Source: Phycisphaerae bacterium (lineage in GTDB: Bacteria; Planctomycetota; Phycisphaerae; UBA1845). From it: 64,000 nt of DNA. The DNA lies in NCBI GenBank assembly GCA_963666835.2, contig CAXXGO010000001.1, forward strand, positions 992,001-1,056,000, written 5' to 3'. A model generated the notes under the pieces. The model was not told where the DNA came from and searched no databases. It saw nothing but the letters and a program-made list of their open reading frames with translations. A program made the position numbers and the translations under genes. Below are positions 47,942 to 58,164 of the stretch, one piece after another (positions within the stretch are counted from its first letter, which is position 1; every line of letters starts with the position of its first letter).

Positions 47942-48211
47942 ATGACGATGGTAGCCATGAGATTCGCCGGAGCTTAGAATGCGTCAAGTTGTAAGTTCTT
48001 TGTTGATAAAGAGTACGGAAGTGGGTTCGTGCGTTTGAGGCGCTCGACCGCCTCGGGCCGCACCGAGTCGGAGGGAGGCGTAATCTGCCTCCGCCGCGAG
48101 CAGCTTCCTTCGGATATCGTCGCCGCGATTCCGGTGGGGCTGTTGCGAGATGGGGCCGTCGAAGCACGTGTTCTTCTGCGGGCGGGCTGGGCGGTTTCGG
48201 AGTTATCTGTC

Positions 48212-48661
48212 TTGAATTCAAAACCGATCGTCGGTCGGCGCGAGTATGTGGCGTTCCCGGAGTGGGGTATTAAGGGTGTCGAGGCGAAGATCGACACGGG
48301 AGCTCGCACGAGCGCAATTCACGTGGACAACGTCAAGCGACTTCCGAAGGATCGCGTTCAGTTTGATGTAGTCCTGAGCCGCCGGAAGCCGGACAGGCGC
48401 GTTCACGTAGAGGCTGACTTAGTCCGTTTCACGCGCGTGCGATCCAGTACGGGGCACCGGCAGGAGCGATTCGTGGTGGCGACAAAGATACGAATCGGAG
48501 ATATCAAACGCAGAATCGAGCTGAGCCTCGTATCCAGGAAGCAGATGCTCTGCAGGATGTTGCTGGGCAGGACGGCCGTAACCGGCCTTCTGATCGATGT
48601 CGACGTAAAACACCTCCATGGTGTGCCGAAGCGTCAGGGCCCGAAAGGACGTGCCAAATGA
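48212..48661 (+). CDS. RimK-associated retropepsin-like protease (RimB / Zn_protease DUF785-like)
   Basis: IVGRRE, AKIDTGARTSAIH, VRSSTG, R..M..RMLLGR; TTG start with GGAG RBS; ATGA overlap with rimK. Confidence 0.85.
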   Translation: MNSKPIVGRREYVAFPEWGIKGVEAKIDTGARTSAIHVDNVKRLPKDRVQFDVVLSRRKPDRRVHVEADLVRFTRVRSSTGHRQERFVVATKIRIGDIKRRIELSLVSRKQMLCRMLLGRTAVTGLLIDVDVKHLHGVPKRQGPKGRAK

Positions 48662-49866
48662 AGATCGCCATTCTGTCAAGAGCTCCCAACTGCTACAGCA
48701 CGAAGCGCCTTTGGCAGGCCGCGGAACTGCGCGGCCATCAGGTTTCCGTTCTCAACACCGGGCATTTTGCCATCTCGCTCGAGGAGCAATACCCCGACCT
48801 TTACTACGATGGCAAGCCCGTTGCGCCCTTCGATGCCGTTATTCCGCGGATTGGTTCGCCAATGACGTATTTCGGTACGGCAGTGGTCAGGCAATTCGAG
48901 GAAATGGGCGTCTTCTCGGCGAACTCGGCGATTGGGATCATTCACTCGCGTGACAAGCTCCGTTGCCTGCAAATCCTGAGCAGGCATGACGTCGGCATCC
49001 CTCAGACCGCATTCGTCCGCGACCGCAAGGACGTACTCCCGGCGATCAAACGCGTCGGGGGCGCGCCCATCATTATCAAGCTCCTGGAAGGCACTCAAGG
49101 TGTCGGGGTGATATTGGCTGACACGATCAAAGTGGCGGAAGCGATTGTCGAAACCCTGCAGAGTGCCAAGCAGAACGTACTTATACAGAAGTTTGTCTCT
49201 GAGAGTAAGGGCAAGGATGTGCGCGCCTTCGTCGTTGGAGAGCGCGTGGTCGCCGCGATGCGACGGGTCGCTCAGGGACAGGAGTTCCGGAGTAATGTGC
49301 ATCGCGGCGGCATGGCCGAAGCGATCACGCTCGATCCTGAATACGAGCAGACCGCCATTCGGGCAGCGCAGTTGGTGGGGCTGCGTGTGGCCGGCGTCGA
49401 CATGCTCGAGGGCACGGACGGCCCCCAGATCATGGAAGTCAACTCGTCGCCGGGGCTCGAGGGTATTGAAAGCGCAACACAAATCGACGTTGCCGGGGCA
49501 ATCGTTGAATACCTGGAAGATCGAGTGAATCTGCCGGATATGGACCTGCGCCAGCGACTTACCGTAACACGAGGGTACGGCGTTGGAGAAATCCCCGTTC
49601 CGAAGAGTTCGGCCCTGGTCGGCACGTCGATCGTAGACACGAATCTGCGGGCACTCGACATCGTGGTGTTGACGCTTCACCGCGGGAAGAAAGTCATTGC
49701 CAACCCGAAGGAGACCCGCAAGCTTCGTGCGGGCGATCGCCTGCTGTGTTTCGGAAAACTCGACGAGATGAAGGCGCTCATTCCACGACGCAAGAAACGC
49801 CGGGTCAAGAAGCTGGCGAAGAAGGTCGTGGAAGAGGCGATGGCATCCGCACCAGAGCAAGGATAG
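48658..49866 (+). CDS. rimK: RimK alpha-L-glutamate ligase (ATP-grasp) fused to a TrkA-C/RCK_C domain
   Basis: MKIAILSR, DAVIPRIG, RDKLRCLQIL, KLLEGTQG, FRSNVHRGG, EVNSSPGLEGIE; tail SALVGTSI...VLTLHRG...NP...LRAGDRLLCFG. Confidence 0.93.
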   Translation: MKIAILSRAPNCYSTKRLWQAAELRGHQVSVLNTGHFAISLEEQYPDLYYDGKPVAPFDAVIPRIGSPMTYFGTAVVRQFEEMGVFSANSAIGIIHSRDKLRCLQILSRHDVGIPQTAFVRDRKDVLPAIKRVGGAPIIIKLLEGTQGVGVILADTIKVAEAIVETLQSAKQNVLIQKFVSESKGKDVRAFVVGERVVAAMRRVAQGQEFRSNVHRGGMAEAITLDPEYEQTAIRAAQLVGLRVAGVDMLEGTDGPQIMEVNSSPGLEGIESATQIDVAGAIVEYLEDRVNLPDMDLRQRLTVTRGYGVGEIPVPKSSALVGTSIVDTNLRALDIVVLTLHRGKKVIANPKETRKLRAGDRLLCFGKLDEMKALIPRRKKRRVKKLAKKVVEEAMASAPEQG

Positions 49867-49870
49867 GCCC

Positions 49871-50944
49871 ATGCCTCGAAAGGACCTTCTTACGTTCGGC
49901 GACGAGAGTGTAGCGCTTGGCCAACGGAGGAATCTCGCCCTCACGGTTTCCCAAAGCTACAGCGGCGCGCCCGTTACCCTTCCGATCACAGTTTGGCGCG
50001 CCGTGAAGCCGGGTCCTGCGGTCTTTGTCACCGCTGCGGTTCACGGCGACGAGCTAAACGGCACGGGAATCGTCCGGGAGATCATCCTCCATGCGCCGTT
50101 TGAACTCATCGCCGGGTCGCTAGTGCTTGTGCCGGTCGTGAATCTGCTCGGTTTTGAACGCCACACCCGCTATCTGCCGGACCGGCGGGACATGAATCGT
50201 TGCTTTCCCGGATCCGCGGACGGCAGCCTGGCGAGCCGCATGGCCCACGTTATCTTCTCCAGCGTTATCAGCCAATGTGACTACGGAATCGATCTTCACA
50301 CGGCCGCGGTACGCCGTACGAATTTCCCGAGCGTGCGAGCGGACCGCAAGAACCCGGAGGCCGCCCGGATTGCCCGAGCATTCGGCTGCGAAGTGATCGT
50401 CAACCGAAAGGGGCCCAAGGCGTCCCTGCGGCGCGAGGCGTGCGACGCCGGGTGCGCAACGGTCATCCTTGAGGCTGGGGAAGTGTGGAAGATCGAGCCC
50501 AACGTGGTGCAGTACGGCATTCGAGGTATTCGAAACGTGCTGATCGAGCTGGGAATGGTAGAAGGGACTCGGGAGGAGCCAGTGTATCAAGTCTGGACTC
50601 GGAAGACCATTTGGGTCCGGGCAAGCTTCGGAGGTATGCTGGCCTTTCACGTGGCTCCAGGCGATATCGTCGAAAAGGACGAGCCCCTGGCGACAAGCAC
50701 GAATCTTCTGGGGGAGGAGCAGGATCTCCTTCGTTCACCCAGTGACGGGATTATACTTGGTATCACAACGCTACCCACCGTTACCCCGGGCAGTCCCGTG
50801 TGCCACATCGCGGTCCCGCGTGGTGGACTCGGGCCGATTCGCCGGGCACTCGAGAAGGAGTCCACCGAGAGTCTGCATGAGCGCCTCAGGGATGACCTTG
50901 CCGCTAGTGTGACTATCTCAGAGCGGGCGGATCCGGCGGGCTGA
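49871..50944 (+). CDS. Succinylglutamate desuccinylase/aspartoacylase family (M14-like) protein
   Basis: AAVHGDELNG, DMNRCFPG, IDLHT, LEAGE, C-terminal barrel-sandwich-like region. Confidence 0.9.
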   Translation: MPRKDLLTFGDESVALGQRRNLALTVSQSYSGAPVTLPITVWRAVKPGPAVFVTAAVHGDELNGTGIVREIILHAPFELIAGSLVLVPVVNLLGFERHTRYLPDRRDMNRCFPGSADGSLASRMAHVIFSSVISQCDYGIDLHTAAVRRTNFPSVRADRKNPEAARIARAFGCEVIVNRKGPKASLRREACDAGCATVILEAGEVWKIEPNVVQYGIRGIRNVLIELGMVEGTREEPVYQVWTRKTIWVRASFGGMLAFHVAPGDIVEKDEPLATSTNLLGEEQDLLRSPSDGIILGITTLPTVTPGSPVCHIAVPRGGLGPIRRALEKESTESLHERLRDDLAASVTISERADPAG

Positions 50945-51020
50945 TTCACTAATGAGGGGACGGCATCTTAGGGCAAAGCAGGGATCATTCTGGAGCCGAC
51001 GTTCCGGATTGGCTCAATTG

Positions 51021-53501
51021 CTACGGATTTCTCTGGTGGTTTGCCCAATCTCGGTATTTCTGCGCCTCTTCGGGTCTCTGGGTGTTCTCGTACAACGCAG
51101 CCAGACAGTTCGCGATTGCCTGAACTCTGCCGTCTTTCGCCCCTACCGAGTCGGTAAGCTCGGTGATCGCTTCCACGAGAGGGGTTTCCGCATCCTCGTA
51201 ACGCTGCAATGCCGAAAAGCAGTAACCGGTCAACGCCTTATGCATGGCCCGGTGCGGATGCCCGGGTGAAAGCGCGTCGCGACTGATTGCTACGGCGCGC
51301 TGCGCCAGTGGCAGAGCCCGTTCCGGGTCACCGCCCATAAGAAAGAAGTCGGCAACGGTGGCGAGCAGGTCGGCCTTAGAACTGCTGTTATCGTCAAGTT
51401 GCCGATCGGCAATGGCAACCGCCTGAAGATATAGCTCTTCAGCCTCCCGCCTCTTGCCCTGATCCGCAAGTATGTTTGCGAGGTTCTGCGTCTTGTAGGC
51501 ATGCTCGGCAGTTTCGTATGAGTATGTTTGATTCAGGATGAGAATCGCTTCGCGCATTGCCTTCTCGGCTTCGTCGTATTCCTCCAGCTTCCGGAGGAGA
51601 ATCCCGAGGTTCTCCAGGTCGCGGCTAACTCGTGCGTGCCTGGCTCCGAAACGTTCCCGATCACGCTCCAAGGCCCGCCTGAGGAATGGCTCGGCTTCGG
51701 CGAGGCGTCCCTGCGCCTGGAGCATGGTGGACACCAAGTTGGCAGCCGTTGCGATGTCGCCATCGAGGTCATCGGGGATGTCCTCTGCGATTTCGAGATA
51801 CTCCCGCGCCGCCTCCTCCCCCTCCTGCAGGTGTTGCTGGAACATCAACACAACAGAGAGTCGGCCTAAGCTGCGACCTAATTCGCTGCGGTGTTCCTTC
51901 CCGTACTTTCTCAAGATCGGAATAGCTGCGCGCAGCCCTTCTTCGGCGCCGGTCAGATCGCCGGTGGTGTACTGCCACACGGCATACCGCGACCGGCTCT
52001 CCGCGGTCTCGGCATGGTCCTCGCCGAAGAGCGCACGGTGCGTTTCCAGGGCGGCGCGCATGTATCTTCCGCCTTCCTCGTACCGCCCCAAATTCATGTA
52101 AGCCACGCCGATCGTTCGCTGCACGATGGCGCGCGCTGTTTCGTCTTGCACGAATCCTTCATTCAGTTGAGCCGCGGTCTTATCCAGCAGCGCGAGAAGG
52201 GCGTCGCCACTCTCGCCCGCGGCGGGATCGGCTTGTACTAACACGCGGTTCAACACGCTGAGTACTTGTTGAGACGTTTCGAACTGCGTCTGTGAGCGGC
52301 GGTAGAGCACAAACACCGACAGGGCGAACACGGTCACCAACACGGTGAATGTGGCGATGGCCCCGACTGCGATGCGATGACGCCGTAAGGTCTTGCAGAA
52401 TACATACCAACGGCGGTCGCGCTTGGCTTCAATAGGCTCGCGGTCCAGGTAATGCTGAATGTCGCTGGTTAACTCGGACACTGACTGATAACGCCGATCG
52501 CGGTCTTTTTCGAGCGTTTTCAGCACGATGGTCTCGATGTCTCCGCGCAGCACTCGGTTAACCGCCGACATGCGACGCGGCTCCTGCTCGCGAATGACGC
52601 GCGGGACGTCGAAGGGGGAGGCGGTGCTGAAGTCGTATGGCAGCTCACCGGTGAGCAACTCGAAGAGCACCACGCCCAGAGCATACACATCCGAGCGCGT
52701 ATCCAACTCGGTCGCATCTCCCTCGCATTGTTCCGGGCTCATATAGCGCAGCGTTCCGACGAGCTTGCCCACGTCCGTCTGCAGGGTGGCGATCGTCAGA
52801 TCGGCATCCGTCGCGCGGGCTACGCCGAAGTCGATTAGCTTGGGCCGACCTCGCTCGTCAACGAGAATGTTGGCTGGCTTCAGGTCGCGATGAATGACCC
52901 CGCGCTGATGCCCGGCCTGCACAGCGTCACAAACCTTCATGAACAGCTTGAGACGATCTCGCGTCGACAGCCGGTTCTCTTCGGCATAGTGCGTGATGGG
53001 CCGTGCCCCGGGGATGAACTCCATCGCAAAAAACGGCGCGCCGTGGTCGCCGCCGTGAGTACCGGCTTCGTAGATCTGGGCGATACCCGGATGTCGCAAT
53101 CGGCCCAGGATCTCGGATTCGTGTTTGAAGCGATGCAGTGCGGAGCGCGAAGCCAAACCGGGCCGGATGACCTTCAAGGCAACGGTCCGGTGCGGCTCCT
53201 CTTGCAGGGCCTCGTATACCGTGCCCATCCCCCCGGCGGCGATCACACGCTGAATATGGTAGCGCCCGATCTTCGTACCAACCAGCGGATCATATTCCGG
53301 AGATGATGGCTTCATCACCTGTTTTGGCGGCTCCAGAAACCCGCGAGCTTGCTCGTCTGCCTTCAGAAGCGATTCGACCTCCGCACGCAGTTCCGGGTCT
53401 CCACGGCAGGCTTCATCGAGGTACGCGATTCGATCCGGCGGCGCACGCTCCAAGACGGCCTCGAACACTTCGATAGTACGTTGACTGTCCGATGTGATCA
53501 T
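51021..53501 (-). CDS. Ser/Thr protein kinase with TM helix and TPR sensor region
   Basis: GGMGTVY, VALK, HRDLKPANIL, DFG, YMSPEQ, SDVYALG; TM IAVGAIATFTVLVTVFAL; TPR repeats. Confidence 0.96.
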   Translation of the reverse strand: MITSDSQRTIEVFEAVLERAPPDRIAYLDEACRGDPELRAEVESLLKADEQARGFLEPPKQVMKPSSPEYDPLVGTKIGRYHIQRVIAAGGMGTVYEALQEEPHRTVALKVIRPGLASRSALHRFKHESEILGRLRHPGIAQIYEAGTHGGDHGAPFFAMEFIPGARPITHYAEENRLSTRDRLKLFMKVCDAVQAGHQRGVIHRDLKPANILVDERGRPKLIDFGVARATDADLTIATLQTDVGKLVGTLRYMSPEQCEGDATELDTRSDVYALGVVLFELLTGELPYDFSTASPFDVPRVIREQEPRRMSAVNRVLRGDIETIVLKTLEKDRDRRYQSVSELTSDIQHYLDREPIEAKRDRRWYVFCKTLRRHRIAVGAIATFTVLVTVFALSVFVLYRRSQTQFETSQQVLSVLNRVLVQADPAAGESGDALLALLDKTAAQLNEGFVQDETARAIVQRTIGVAYMNLGRYEEGGRYMRAALETHRALFGEDHAETAESRSRYAVWQYTTGDLTGAEEGLRAAIPILRKYGKEHRSELGRSLGRLSVVLMFQQHLQEGEEAAREYLEIAEDIPDDLDGDIATAANLVSTMLQAQGRLAEAEPFLRRALERDRERFGARHARVSRDLENLGILLRKLEEYDEAEKAMREAILILNQTYSYETAEHAYKTQNLANILADQGKRREAEELYLQAVAIADRQLDDNSSSKADLLATVADFFLMGGDPERALPLAQRAVAISRDALSPGHPHRAMHKALTGYCFSALQRYEDAETPLVEAITELTDSVGAKDGRVQAIANCLAALYENTQRPEEAQKYRDWANHQRNP

Positions 53502-53521
53502 AACACCGCCACGATGGCAAG

Positions 53522-54097
53522 CTAAGGACGGCTATCAGCCAGTTCGCGATAGAGCCACGCGCGGGCATATTGCCATTGCCGCTCCACAGTACGTGTCGAG
53601 ACTTCCAATACGGCGGCCACTTCGTCGATCGTCAGCCCGCCGAAGAAACGCAGTTCGACAACGCGGGCTCGCTGCGCGTCCTGCTCGGCCAAACGGCAAA
53701 GCGCGTCGTCAAGCGAGAGCAGATCGATCGTCTTTTCGTACTCCGCAATCAAGCCCTCGTCGAGCTGGACCTTGTGCCACTTCCCGCTACGTTTGACCCG
53801 GGCATGACTGCGGGCATGATCGACCAGGATGCGGCGCAGGGCTTGAGCGGCGACGGAGAAGAAATGAGCTCGGTCTTCCCATCGCGCCCGCCTCTGATCG
53901 ACGAGTTTGAGGTAGGCCTCGTGGACGACGGCCGTGGGCTGCAATGTGTGGTCGACGCGTTCCGACCGCATGAGGTCCCCCGCAAGGGCTCGCAGACGGT
54001 CGTAAACCAAGGGGAGGAGTTCATCCGCGGCCCGCGAGTCACCCTCACTTGCCCGGACCAGCAATGCGGTCATATCCTCCAGCTCGGTCATCTCCAC
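53522..54097 (-). CDS. ECF sigma factor, TIGR02999 (ECF43-like) type
   Basis: LLPLVYDRLR, HTLQPTAVVHEAYLKL, RRILVDHAR, VVELRFFGGL, TVERQWQYARAWL; adjacent to the kinase. Confidence 0.94.
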   Translation of the reverse strand: MEMTELEDMTALLVRASEGDSRAADELLPLVYDRLRALAGDLMRSERVDHTLQPTAVVHEAYLKLVDQRRARWEDRAHFFSVAAQALRRILVDHARSHARVKRSGKWHKVQLDEGLIAEYEKTIDLLSLDDALCRLAEQDAQRARVVELRFFGGLTIDEVAAVLEVSTRTVERQWQYARAWLYRELADSRP

Positions 54098-54225
54098 AAA
54101 CCCCAGCGAGCATTAAGGTTAGCGAGACCCTGTCGGGATTCTCCTCTGATTATCGCGAATAGGAGTATGGGAAGCAACCACAAGTTTGTGCCCACGTTCC
54201 GCGCGACAGTATCGGAGACCTAATC

Positions 54226-56484
54226 ATGACACGTATTGTAGCAATTGTGACATTTGCTCTTGCCTTCATGGCGGCAGGAACGGCATTGGCTCTGGAGCCG
54301 GTCGGCACCGCGTTTACCTACCAGGGGCAGCTCAAGCAGAACGGCGCGCCCGTAACCGGTGACGCCGAGTTCATCTTCAAGCTCTGGGACGCCCCAACCG
54401 GGGGAAACCAAGTTGGCGAGACCGTGCAGACTACCGCTACGCATCCGGTTGTTGACGGCCTGTTCACGATCCAACTGGACTTCAACCCTCTTACCGGGTG
54501 GATCTTCGACGGCACGGCCTTCTGGTTGGAGGTGCAAGTGGAGTATCCCGCCGGTTCGGGATCGTGGGAGACGCTGACGCCGCGACAGCGATTAACGGCT
54601 GCGCCTTTCGCCTCGTTCTCCACGCTGGCCACAGCCGTGCCTTGGGCGGGGATTCTCGACCTGCCGGCGAGGTTTGCGGACGGGGTGGATGACGTCGGCG
54701 AAGAACTATTCTGGTCGCTTGTCGGTAACGCGGGCACCACGTCCGGCACCGATTTCATTGGCACGACCGACGACACGCCACTCGAGCTGCGCGTCAACGG
54801 CATGCGTGCTCTTCGGCTCGAGCCGACTGTGAGCTATCCGAACGTCATTGCAGGCCACTCCACGAACCACGCCGATCCTGGCGTTATCGCCGCGGCGATT
54901 TCCGGGGGCGCGTTCAATTCGGTGCACGCATGGCACGCTACCGTCGGCGGTGGGATCGGCAATGAAGCTCACGGCGTCAACTCGACCATAGCCGGCGGCG
55001 ACTACAACATGATTGGCGACGTTGCCGGCTGGGCAACCATTGCCGGTGGGCGAGACAACGAGGCTACTCAGGAATACGCCATGATTCCGGGTGGCCTGGA
55101 GAACTTCGCCGGCGGCGAGTACAGCTTCGCCGCCGGCCGTCGGGCCAAGGTCCGCGGGCCCGGCGAAGTCGGCGGCGAAGACACTAACGGCGACGAGGGC
55201 ACCTTCGTCTGGGCCGACTCGAAGGAAAGCGAGTTCTGGTCCACCGGGCCCAACCAGTTTCTGATTCGCGCCAATGGTGGCGTAGGGATCAACACCAACG
55301 CCCCCGAGGCGACTCTCCATCTTGTTTCGCCCCGCGTTGGCGAACAGATCGACTTGTATTCGCCATTCGGCGGTACGGGCATCGCCGTTGAGGCTACATA
55401 CCCGACCGAATTCGGTTTTCCTATCTACGGAGGCGATTTCCGTGTCACCGGCGCCACTTCCTACGGAGTCTATGCTCAGGCCACCAATTCGCTGCCCGGT
55501 ATTCTCGGCAGCAGCACGTACGGCGTGTACGGTAAGGCCACGAGCGTCGCAGGCGCCGGGGCGAGTGCCTACGGCGGCTATTTCGTGGCCGCGGGCGCTA
55601 CCCCCGGTGCGGGTGTCTACGGACAAGGTGCCACTGGGGTATACGGCACGACCAGTGTTACTGGCGCAGGTGGCGGATACGGCGTACGGGGCGTAGTCGC
55701 GTGTTCCAAGGGAAAAGCCGTGTCCGGCCAGGCAACTGACACCGGATATGGCCCCTCCTACGGCGGATACTTTTCCTCCGGCGGAACCGACGGCATCGGC
55801 GTCTACGGCTATGCTACGGGCAGCGCCGGACGCGGCGTCATCGGCGACGCAACCGGGACGTACGGTATCGGCGTCTACGGCGCGGGCGATACGGGTGTCA
55901 AAGCCGAGGGCACGGGCGAAGCGGGCTATGCCCTCTGGGCCGAGGTGACGGCCGGTAACGGCACCGCCGTCTACGCGAGAAGCGGCGCGTCCGGAGGCTA
56001 TGCCGGTCATTTCGTCGGCAACGTGAAGATCTGCAGCCGCGAGAGCGGGGCCACGGTGATCGAGTTGGGCACCGGTCTGGACTACGCGGAAGGTTTCGAT
56101 GTCACCGACGCGCCCGCCGTTGCGCCCGGTATGGTGCTCGTGATCGACCCGCGGCATCCTGGGCAGCTCGCTTTGAGCACGACGGCCTACGATCGCAAGG
56201 TTGCCGGAATCGTGGCCGGTGCCAACGGGCTGGGCTCCGCGGTCAAGTTGGGTTGCGGACAATTCGACCATGACGTTGCCCTGGCCGGGCGCGTGTACTG
56301 CTTCGCCGTAGCCGGAGACGAGCCCATTGAGCCGGGTGATCTGCTCACGTCCTCCGATGTACCGGGGCACGCGATGAAGGTCCAGGATCATAGTCGAGCA
56401 CAGGGGGCGATTCTCGGCAAAGCAATGGAGCGGCTCGAAGCAGGTAAGCATGGGCAGATCCTCGTGTTGGTAACGCTGCAGTAG
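54226..56484 (+). CDS. Secreted fibre-like protein: FTYQG N-domain, Gly-rich repeats, C-terminal chaperone-like domain
   Basis: Signal peptide; AFTYQGQL; ATIAGG and GVYG/YGGYF repeats; tail DYAEGF...PGMVLVID...VALAGRV...PGDLLTSS..PGHAMK...ILGKA. Confidence 0.8.
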   Translation: MTRIVAIVTFALAFMAAGTALALEPVGTAFTYQGQLKQNGAPVTGDAEFIFKLWDAPTGGNQVGETVQTTATHPVVDGLFTIQLDFNPLTGWIFDGTAFWLEVQVEYPAGSGSWETLTPRQRLTAAPFASFSTLATAVPWAGILDLPARFADGVDDVGEELFWSLVGNAGTTSGTDFIGTTDDTPLELRVNGMRALRLEPTVSYPNVIAGHSTNHADPGVIAAAISGGAFNSVHAWHATVGGGIGNEAHGVNSTIAGGDYNMIGDVAGWATIAGGRDNEATQEYAMIPGGLENFAGGEYSFAAGRRAKVRGPGEVGGEDTNGDEGTFVWADSKESEFWSTGPNQFLIRANGGVGINTNAPEATLHLVSPRVGEQIDLYSPFGGTGIAVEATYPTEFGFPIYGGDFRVTGATSYGVYAQATNSLPGILGSSTYGVYGKATSVAGAGASAYGGYFVAAGATPGAGVYGQGATGVYGTTSVTGAGGGYGVRGVVACSKGKAVSGQATDTGYGPSYGGYFSSGGTDGIGVYGYATGSAGRGVIGDATGTYGIGVYGAGDTGVKAEGTGEAGYALWAEVTAGNGTAVYARSGASGGYAGHFVGNVKICSRESGATVIELGTGLDYAEGFDVTDAPAVAPGMVLVIDPRHPGQLALSTTAYDRKVAGIVAGANGLGSAVKLGCGQFDHDVALAGRVYCFAVAGDEPIEPGDLLTSSDVPGHAMKVQDHSRAQGAILGKAMERLEAGKHGQILVLVTLQ

Positions 56485-56501
56485 AAGGGAGACGCGGATC
56501 A

Positions 56502-58079
56502 ATGAGAGGCATAACGTTCATAACATCGCTCGCGTTGACGTTGCCCTGGCTGTCGCCGGTTCTCGCGCCCGCGCAAACGGTGACCGAGCAGGAGGCACAC
56601 ATCGTCGCGCAGAACTGGATGGCGTTCATCTGTCAGCGGGACGGTGCATGGTTCGAAGAGAATAATCCGGAGATCGTGAAACTCGAACCGTTGCGGATTG
56701 ACGGCCAACTTGCCGGTTACGTCGCCCACGTTCAACCGCAAGGCTACGTTGTGGTTTCGGCGCACACGGATTTTCCGCCAATCAAGATGTACTCAACAAG
56801 CAGTTCTCTTGACATAACAAGCTCTCACGGGTTTGCGGCGGTGGCGAAGCGCACGCTCGGCCAACGCGTCCGATTCCTCGTAGCGGAGTTCGGCGGGCTC
56901 GATGACGCTCAACTGTCCGGCCTGCGCCACCATACGCCCGACGAGAATCGGGAACTGTGGACTCTGCTGAAAGGAAGGGGACAGGATTGGGTTACGACGT
57001 TGGGTTCGGTGCAAACGGATGGTCGAGGGATTGTCGGTCCGCTGCTGGAAACGAGCTGGCACCAGAGGGTCCCGTACAACGACCTATGCCCGAGTATGGG
57101 TTGTACCACCGGGTGCGGCGGGTTTAACGATCGGGCGGTTGTAGGCTGTTGCCCGTTGGCGATGGCGCAGGTGATGCGTTACTTCGCCTGGCCGCCGTAC
57201 ATCTACGACGACTGGGATGCCCCCTATGACTGGACAGTGATGCACAAACGGTACGAGTGCGACGGAAACGGCTGGTTCAACGACGAAAGCGGCGAGTCCG
57301 TGACCTCATTCTCAATATACGAGACTGCACGCATTTGCGCGGACGCAGGCTGGACGCTGGAGGACTCGTGGCCGTGTAATGGCATCGTCTATGGCTGCGG
57401 TTCGACCAGTGCCTCGGGCTGTCATTGGGCATGCAACGATGCGCGCGACGGGCTTGAGGACTATCTCAAATACGACCAGTCCGGAAAAGAACCCGATTGC
57501 GAGGATCGCACCGAGCACTCTGCTGCGGGTTGGTTCGATGTGATAGCTGACGAGCTCGACGTCAATCGGCCCATGATCTACCGTATTAGCGACGGGGACG
57601 ACTATGGCCACTATGTCGTGGTGGACGGATACGACGATACCGGCGGGCAGGACTTCGTTCACGCTAACTACGGGCACGACCAAGGAAACACTACCTGGTA
57701 CGCGATTGACAATTTCGACTGCGGCGGCGGTGACTGCAACTACGAGGAGGAGTATCTCATCCGCCGGATCATCCCACGTTATGGTTTCTGTGGCAGCATC
57801 TCCGGCACACTGCCGGCCCGAGATGATCCGTCCCACGTGCATCGCTACGTTTACTGCGACTGTGCCTCGACCAATCTGACCGTGCTGGGCGGAGCGTGGT
57901 TGCAGTTCCTTCCCGGCACCAGCTTGAAGTGCGCCGCCAACTCGATCGACGTGCCGGGCCGCAACGCGGTCGAAGGAGCGACGAAGTTCTTCACCCTTAC
58001 GGGGGAAGAGGGAGCGATGGTGGTCGAGGAGTACGGTCATGTTCGGCTACTACCCGGCGGCGGTCTGCGTCTTCATTAG
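56502..58079 (+). CDS. Secreted C10 (streptopain-like) cysteine protease with I69/Spi-type prodomain
   Basis: VTEQEAHIVAQNW, GYVVVSA prodomain; PLLETSWHQ..PYN; VGCCPLAMAQVMRY (Cys); GHYVVVDGY (His). Confidence 0.88.
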   Translation: MRGITFITSLALTLPWLSPVLAPAQTVTEQEAHIVAQNWMAFICQRDGAWFEENNPEIVKLEPLRIDGQLAGYVAHVQPQGYVVVSAHTDFPPIKMYSTSSSLDITSSHGFAAVAKRTLGQRVRFLVAEFGGLDDAQLSGLRHHTPDENRELWTLLKGRGQDWVTTLGSVQTDGRGIVGPLLETSWHQRVPYNDLCPSMGCTTGCGGFNDRAVVGCCPLAMAQVMRYFAWPPYIYDDWDAPYDWTVMHKRYECDGNGWFNDESGESVTSFSIYETARICADAGWTLEDSWPCNGIVYGCGSTSASGCHWACNDARDGLEDYLKYDQSGKEPDCEDRTEHSAAGWFDVIADELDVNRPMIYRISDGDDYGHYVVVDGYDDTGGQDFVHANYGHDQGNTTWYAIDNFDCGGGDCNYEEEYLIRRIIPRYGFCGSISGTLPARDDPSHVHRYVYCDCASTNLTVLGGAWLQFLPGTSLKCAANSIDVPGRNAVEGATKFFTLTGEEGAMVVEEYGHVRLLPGGGLRLH

Positions 58080-58164
58080 ACGCGAGAGGCGTCTGTGGCC
58101 GGATACGACTGGCGTTGCCCGACTGTCAGGAAACTAGCCTGCGATACTCGCAGAGGATTCAATC

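Noticed and set aside
54706..56502. 598-aa minus-strand ORF (likewise 59990-61633 +, 48676-49944 -, 27749-28687 -, 38649-39716 -)
   Set aside because: Antisense shadows of well-supported genes in GC-rich DNA, with no recognisable motifs.
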